A stretch of 25,566 bases of DNA from positions 1 through 25,566 of the forward strand of contig NIVC01003833.1 of NCBI GenBank assembly GCA_002269645.1, given 5' to 3'. A program made the position numbers and the translations under genes. Origin of the DNA: Macrostomum lignano (taxonomy: Eukaryota). This document shows, piece after piece, positions 19,857 to 25,566 of the stretch (position 1 is its first letter; the number at the start of each line of letters is the position of its first letter). Below the pieces are notes generated by a model. It saw only the letters and a program-made list of their open reading frames with translations. It had not been told where the DNA came from and did no database searches.

Positions 19857-20022
19857 CCAGGGGCCGTCGCCATGGATTTTATGGTGGGGGGACAAAGCCA
19901 AGAGTTCAACATGTACATGGTGGGGTCACAAGGTGGGGGTGGGGGGCAAAGCATTGGCATGCCCCCAGAGGTTTTACTGGGAGGGGGACATGCCCCCCCT
20001 GTCCCCCCTGGTGTAATACTGG
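19857..20022. mobile_element. Possible decayed non-autonomous DNA transposon (MITE-like) in AT-rich DNA
   Basis: A GC-rich island starting CCAGGGGCCGTCGCCATGGATTTT and ending GGGGACATGCCCCCCCTGTCCCCCCTGG..CTGG. This layout is common to small metazoan non-autonomous elements, but the termini match poorly. Confidence 0.35.
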
Positions 20023-20747
20023 AGTAGAATGTATAATAGATGTGTACAGATATCTTGAAACTTTGATTGTATCCCAAAAAAGGAATTAAGACTTCCTGTG
20101 AAGCGCATATGGGTTTGAAAAAATCTGTGGGCATATTTTTATACATGTAACCTATGAAAATCGAAAAATGAACATGTAGCATTTAACAAAGCATCTGATT
20201 AGTATACTTTTATTTGGCCTCATTAGACCTTACATGCATTACGATATCGAAAAAATTGTATATTGAATACATGTAAAATCAAGAGTTTATATGTACCCCC
20301 CAGCTTACACGTACTTTATCGATTCGGTGTTGCTTTCGCTTTTTTAATCATTTTTTGTTGCAGTGAGCAGTGAGTATGTACGTGCATATAGAGATCATGG
20401 TACATTGTATGAAAAACAAAGAAGAGTCATATTATTAATCAATGATCGAGTTTACCTTAAAATTGAAATATTTTTAAGTTGAATTCATGCAAATATACAA
20501 AATATGAGCCAAGCGATTCAAAGCAAAACTGGTCAGATACTGTACAATAATGCACGTCACAAGGTTTTCATTTGCATGCGTACAAGCTAGGCGCTTTTCT
20601 CTACCAACATGCTTCTGCAGCTTACATATCATTTCAGTTGGCACAGATAAAAGGGCTGCCTGGGTTAGAAAAGTAAGTCTCGATCGCGTGGCCTGAACAA
20701 GAGCAGCAGTCGCACAGTAACCAGCCTGTTTTCTAAAAAAGCTAGCC

Positions 20748-21236
20748 ATGGCCCTGCCGCTGTGGCTTCACGCCTGCACTCTGTGGTACCTAGTCAGCAA
20801 TGCCATCATCGCCTACAAGAGCTGGCCTGCTCTGCCTGGTTTCTTCGCTGCCTGCTACATTGCCGGTCTGTTTGGCGGTCTCGGCGATCACGTGGAGCCC
20901 TACGTGCCCGCTGAGTACCACGCCTACACCACGCAGATCATGGAGAACTACATCGGCAGATTCCCGCTGGCTTTGTCAGCTGTGGCCATTCTGCTGCGAT
21001 TCTGCACTCTAGACAGCGTGTCCTTGGGTAGCAAGCTGCGCTCCCTGGCGATGCTGGTTGCGCCCCTCGTCGTGCTGATTTCGCACAAGCCGACCGACTA
21101 CAACACCGACTGGATGTGGCACCTTGTGCACTCGACTGTAGTTCACGGCCTCTTGCTGGCTGCAAATCTGCGCATTCTCGGCGCCATGGCTCGGCACAGT
21201 TCGAAAAGGGTTGATGCTGCAGCTAAGGAGGAGTGA
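20748..21236 (+). CDS. Uncharacterised intronless multi-pass membrane protein, 162 aa
   Basis: Strong start context (gccATGG), GC3-rich codons like the neighbouring genes, 4-5 hydrophobic segments and a basic/acidic C-terminal tail. Confidence 0.75.
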   Translation: MALPLWLHACTLWYLVSNAIIAYKSWPALPGFFAACYIAGLFGGLGDHVEPYVPAEYHAYTTQIMENYIGRFPLALSAVAILLRFCTLDSVSLGSKLRSLAMLVAPLVVLISHKPTDYNTDWMWHLVHSTVVHGLLLAANLRILGAMARHSSKRVDAAAKEE

Positions 21237-21803
21237 AATAATTGGGCTTTGTGAACACGCGACTCTCGTATGCTTGAACGAAAAGTGGGCAAGATTCTGC
21301 GAGAAGCAAATTTATGTAACTGCTACTGAATCGTCGCATGCATACTGAAAGTGTACTAATGGTTTTGCAGATTGCTTGATGATCGAAAATAATATTTTGT
21401 AGTTTTAAAATATACAGGGTATTCTAGCATTTGTTAAATAATTTTTGACCGTAGAAGTTCAACAACTGACAGTGAATTGGCGCCGTTTAGCCTCTAATTG
21501 TTAATTATATAGTACTCGTATAAAGTTTCGTGCCGTGTAGTTTACAAAATTCTTCGATCTGTTTCACTTAGCAACAGCCTATTTAATGATAACATGAGAG
21601 AGGGCTTTAAATCAATAACGAAATAGGTCACGTGATGACAATTACTACGTACATAAAGCTAAGGGAACTGCCAGACAGGGCAAAGAGAACGGTAGAGAAT
21701 AGTGTGCATGTTGCCGGTGCACGTATCGGTTAGTTAGTCACTGGCAGTGCCATGAGCTCAGCACCGGCACCACACAAAGACTGTCTAATTTTGGCGACAG
21801 GTG

Positions 21804-24338
21804 TCACCCATCACCAAGGTGGTCTTCCAGCACGGAAGCGATCCTATCGTAGAAGACCACTCGGCCCGGAAAGGCTTCGCTGAGGTTGAAGCGGCGCATT
21901 CGTTCAGAAGCCGCGAACTCGTAGCCCAAGTGTAGAAATCTGTGCACTCCCAGACTGGCTTCACGGCCGGCCTCCGGGCTGATGTTAACTTCGTCCAGTT
22001 GCTTCGCAGCCAACTGTCGGCAGCCCAGTCGCCAGTGGTCAATCTCGACCTCCTCCGGCGTGCCGGTCACTGTTTCTTCTGCTCACTGTCCTTAGCGATG
22101 ATGGTCACTGCATTTGAAACTAAAATGACCTTAAATATTACATGCACAGCGGGCCGCACAGAAAGCTTCAAAACTAGTCTGATCTTAGACCTGCTTACAC
22201 TCGTGGTTGCAGAGCCCCTTCCAATTTCGATTCGGATTCATCCAGGCCGAGAACAGGACGTATGCAGCAGCACAGGGTGGCTTTCTACCAGCCAGGGAGT
22301 ACTCGGTGTACTTCCTGAGAGCTGCGGCCCGGTGCTGTGCACTATGGAGGCTTCGCCGCTCCGCTCGGGAAGCGCGCGGACCATCAGCCGGAAAAACGGG
22401 TGTCGCGGCGGAGCTGCCATGACGGAGTTCATGCCAGGAAGGCGCGGCCCCACACAATCCGAGTCTGCTCCGGCCGCTCCTGGTCGAGAAGGGCCGCCAT
22501 CTGCCAGGCCTTGTCTAGGAGAGGTGTCAGCGGTTGCAGGCACTGAACATCCATGTCCAGGTAGACACCTGTGCAGTATAGGGTTGACTACTTTCTTCAT
22601 TGAATCCGATATGGTCTTCTAAAGTCTTCTAATCATGTCTAGCTAATATAAAGAGGATTAAATAAGGAGCCGTAGGAGCGTTCAGATTTACAATAAAATC
22701 CCCGAGGTCCACTGATTTGAGCGTAGCCAATTTCACACCCTTTCTGCACTGCACTTAATGGTGTACTTAATAGCATACCCCCGAAGAGATACAGCGCTGC
22801 ATATCGGACCGCATCGGAGCGCTGCAGGTCGCTGCCGTAGCCCCTGTACACTGGCAGCAAGTTCGGGAAATTGTCTGCCAGCAGGCGCTCTGCGTCCGAG
22901 TTGCGCCAGAGCACGTAGGTGAAGTCCGGGTTAGCCGACAGACAGCTGTTGATGAAGGGCCGATAGTTCTCATAGACCAGCTCGCTGGTGAACACCTGGT
23001 GCAATAGGCGACGGAACGGAGCTGCACCGCCCGGTTGAGACTGGCGTTGCTGAAGCTGCCAGTGAAGAAGGCTGACAATCAGCGGGCAGGCGATCTGAAA
23101 GCTCAGGTTCAGCAATCGGCTAAGATGGTCAATAATGAGAGTGTTTTTAAGAGTGCGCTGTGCTCAGGAATTAGCTTGTGACATCTCTGTAACTGTTACA
23201 GCATTTATTATTTTTTTTAAAGGCTGGGGAGTTGATGTCCCGCGATTTGCTGGAGTAAAAGTTCTGTCCTCAACTATATGAAACTGTAAGGCTCTACAGA
23301 GGGTCATCGGCAACTTTTTTCCTTTTTATGGTTCAGACGTCTGCTTTAACTGTCCTGAAGTTGTTCTGAACTAATGTTGCCAAACTAAGATCTATGGCAT
23401 TCTGGTGGATCGGGAAAGCGATATAATCCACTAAGCGTCTCTCGACTAGGGGGGGGGGTGGCGTGTGACTGTTGTTGAATGCTTGCTGTTCGATTCACTT
23501 CTATTCCCTCACGGCACAGAATGTATACATTCTTGAAGATGACAAAGTCAGGGCAGCTGAACAGCCTGTGTTCAAACTGCATTCAATTTCGGCAAACTGG
23601 CTTTCATTTTCGGCATCAGCTATGGCCGCACATCCAAACTGCATTTGAATTCGACAAACCGAAAACCAATTTCGGTAAACTGCATTCAATTTCGGCAACT
23701 TGAGTTTCTATTTAGACAAATTGATATTCAAATTCGGCAAACTGCATTCAATTTCGGCATCGTATTTTCAATTTCGGCAGCCAGCGCCTCGTGCCACAGA
23801 CTGTCTATGGAAATAGACGCATCTAAACCCAAAACTGATATTCAATTTCTATATTCAATATTCAATAGACAGTCTGTGGCACGAGGCGCTGCTGCCGAAA
23901 TTGAATGTAGAGATGACGCACTCCGCGCACGAGTGTCTATGGTCGTTGCTGCACGCTTCTATGGTAAAAACAAAAGCGCAATTGTTTGACAATGCAGTTT
24001 GCCGAAATTGGTTCTCGGTTTGTCGAATTCGAATGCAGTTTGGATGTGCGGCCATAGTTGATGCCGAAAATGAAAGCCAGTTTGCTGAAATTGAACGCAG
24101 TTTTATCGAAATAGAACGCAAAAAGGTGTAAATGCACTGCCGATACAAAAAAACGAAAGTCCTTCCAGTGAATTTCTAAGAAAACCATGACTACACGGGT
24201 CAACTGTCACCTGCGTTGAGTTGTGCCAGTGCCCGAAGCCCTTCTGTCAACTATTTAACAATAAACACTCACCAGAATCGTTGCAAGAGTTAAACGTTTA
24301 GATGGATACTGCAGGGCTCTGTAGAAGCCTGCAGCCAT
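21804..24338 (-). pseudogene. Glycosyltransferase family 32 (DXD; OCH1/SUR1-like) type II membrane protein with three 1-nt frameshifts (assembly errors or pseudogene)
   Basis: Exons 24338-24273 (MAAGFYRALQYPSKRLTLATIL), 23094-22779, 22568-22199, 22107-21804. Motifs: LHQVF, NPDFTYVLW, LQRSDAVRYAALYLFGG|VYLDMD, MNSVMAAPPRHPFF, HSTGPQL and GVHRFLHLGY. Frame switches occur near 22435, 22318 and 22075. Confidence 0.85.
23574..24103. repeat. Nested inverted repeat (foldback/MITE-like) in GT32 intron 1
   Basis: Outer arms 23574-23686 and 23991-24103 (113 bp each, few mismatches). Inner arms 23767-23808 and 23865-23905. The internal motif AAACTGCATTCAATTTCGGC is repeated. Confidence 0.88.
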
Positions 24339-24679
24339 TGTTGGAATGTATGTTGCAAATGAGCAGACGGTTGTGAGTTTAGATTTGATGTATTTATGAC
24401 TTTCCAGATTGCTCCTCGGTTGTTAAAATTGATTAGACTCCGCAAAAAACTAGTCCGACTAGAAGTAAAATCAATTTTAATCAAATTAAACAAAGCATTT
24501 AAAAAAATCGATCAGTTAATTTCTTAATTATTGTAAGCTCTCAGGCCGAAATTGACAAAAAGGTTTTACACGGTAAAAATTTACAAAAATCTTTTTAACA
24601 AACGTATATAGTGATTTTGTGTAGGATTGAGTTCTATTTTTGTATTAATTGCATGAAACGCTAAGCAAAATACACTCGA

Positions 24680-24790
24680 GTCATGCTCTGTAGTCAGGGC
24701 GCGAGGCACCCAGCTTGCAGTGACCTTGCGAAGGCAAAGATGCTGTGACAGAGTGACAGAGCTGTGATGAACACGAGAAATCGCCCTGAT
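24680..24790 (-). mobile_element. Mariner/Tc1 transposase remnant
   Basis: The minus-strand frame reads SSVTLSQHLCLRKVTASWVPRALTTEH, matching the mariner L..L.LRK...RWVP..LT (WVPHEL) motif. No DDD domain follows. Confidence 0.65.
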
Positions 24791-25036
24791 TAGCTGAGTT
24801 TTTTGCCGTTTTAATTTGAAATGGTCGAGTGAATGACTATTGATTCTTCATTGCAATGCGCTAAAAAGTCACGGATAAACCTATAGAATACTCGTATGAT
24901 AAAAAGTCATTTGACAGAAATTTTCTTGTATTTTATTGTTGAAAAAAAACGAATTAACTTGCCGAAAACTTAGCGCGCCTCTTGTGAAAATGAAATAGTT
25001 GCTAGCGCTATTCAACGTTGCAGGCTTTGTGTAAAA

Positions 25037-25347
25037 GGGGTTGTAGCCTACTGGTTAAAGCGTCGAACTCACGACTAAAGGTCAGAGGTTCGATTCTCGA
25101 CCCACTCGGAACAATTTGTGTCCTTGAGCAAGACACTTAACTCTGCATTGCTTCAGTTCACTCAGCTGTAAAATGGGTCAGCAAATGCATTAGCTGGGGT
25201 TATTGAGGCTGTCTGTGGCGTCACCCCCACAGTCCTTGGACTGAACAGCCGTACGCAGCCTTCAGATGCGCTGCGCAATAGCTGCGGCTGAGCTGTCGGT
25301 TGCACATCACCGCATTAGGGCAGGTGTAATCAATTATTATTATTACT
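25037..25347 (+). mobile_element. Full-length CORE-type tRNA-derived SINE, family A, copy 2, with a probable target-site duplication
   Basis: A-box TAGCCTACTGG, B-box GGTTCGATTC, CORE-like block and (ATT)n tail at 25333-25346. Flanked by AGGCTTTGTGTA (25022-25033) and AGGTTTTGTGTA (25348-25359). Confidence 0.88.
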
Positions 25348-25566
25348 AGGTTTTGTGTATAGGAGCGATAATGCAGCGCACCAGTAGACTGAAAAGTCCT
25401 GCCCCGACCCTCTCTGGGGCCTCATTATTTAATAGTGTAAAACTAGACTAGACTACAGACGTTCCCTATGCCTACAGAACAATGGAAATCAGAGTGACCA
25501 AAATTATGTATAGACGCAGGCAGAAAGGCGATTAAAGGTTCCTCTCTAGCCAGTGGCATGGATAAT

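Noticed and set aside
25037-25105. Functional tRNA gene (Val-CAC-like loop); likewise the heads at 15801, 12045, 12245 and 6690
   Set aside because: The T and anticodon stems pair poorly and SINE body sequence follows directly.
25200-25330. Hammerhead or HDV ribozyme in the SINE tail
   Set aside because: No CUGANGA/GAAA core or HDV pseudoknot pattern could be identified.

Overview
Eukaryotic genomic DNA from an invertebrate metazoan. GC-rich exons, short GT-AG introns, CAG tracts and intronic minisatellites are reminiscent of the flatworm Macrostomum, but that assignment is inference only. Manual splicing gives five genes. (1) A minus-strand ROCO gene running off the left edge: death-fold-like N-terminus, LRR, Gly linker, EF-hand, LRR, then Roc with an intact P-loop. 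It has one 1-nt frameshift. (2) An intronless TTLL10-like tubulin-tyrosine-ligase-family gene, head-to-head with gene 1. (3) A ~22-exon, ~1450-aa minus-strand gene (18226 to ~6700) that the ORF track shows only as fragments: Cys-containing LRRs, a Roc-like domain with degenerate G1/G3/G4 motifs, an inserted dynein-heavy-chain-like microtubule-binding stalk head, COR, and novel C-terminal modules. (4) An intronless His-rich membrane protein. (5) A GT32 (DXD) glycosyltransferase with three 1-nt frameshifts. Non-coding content includes two tRNA-derived SINE families, four minisatellites (one with higher-order structure), a nested palindrome and a mariner remnant. The main novelty is the pseudo-GTPase ROCO with a dynein-type MTBD, lying next to a tubulin-modifying ligase and a canonical ROCO. 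All domain calls come from visual motif matching; no searches were run.
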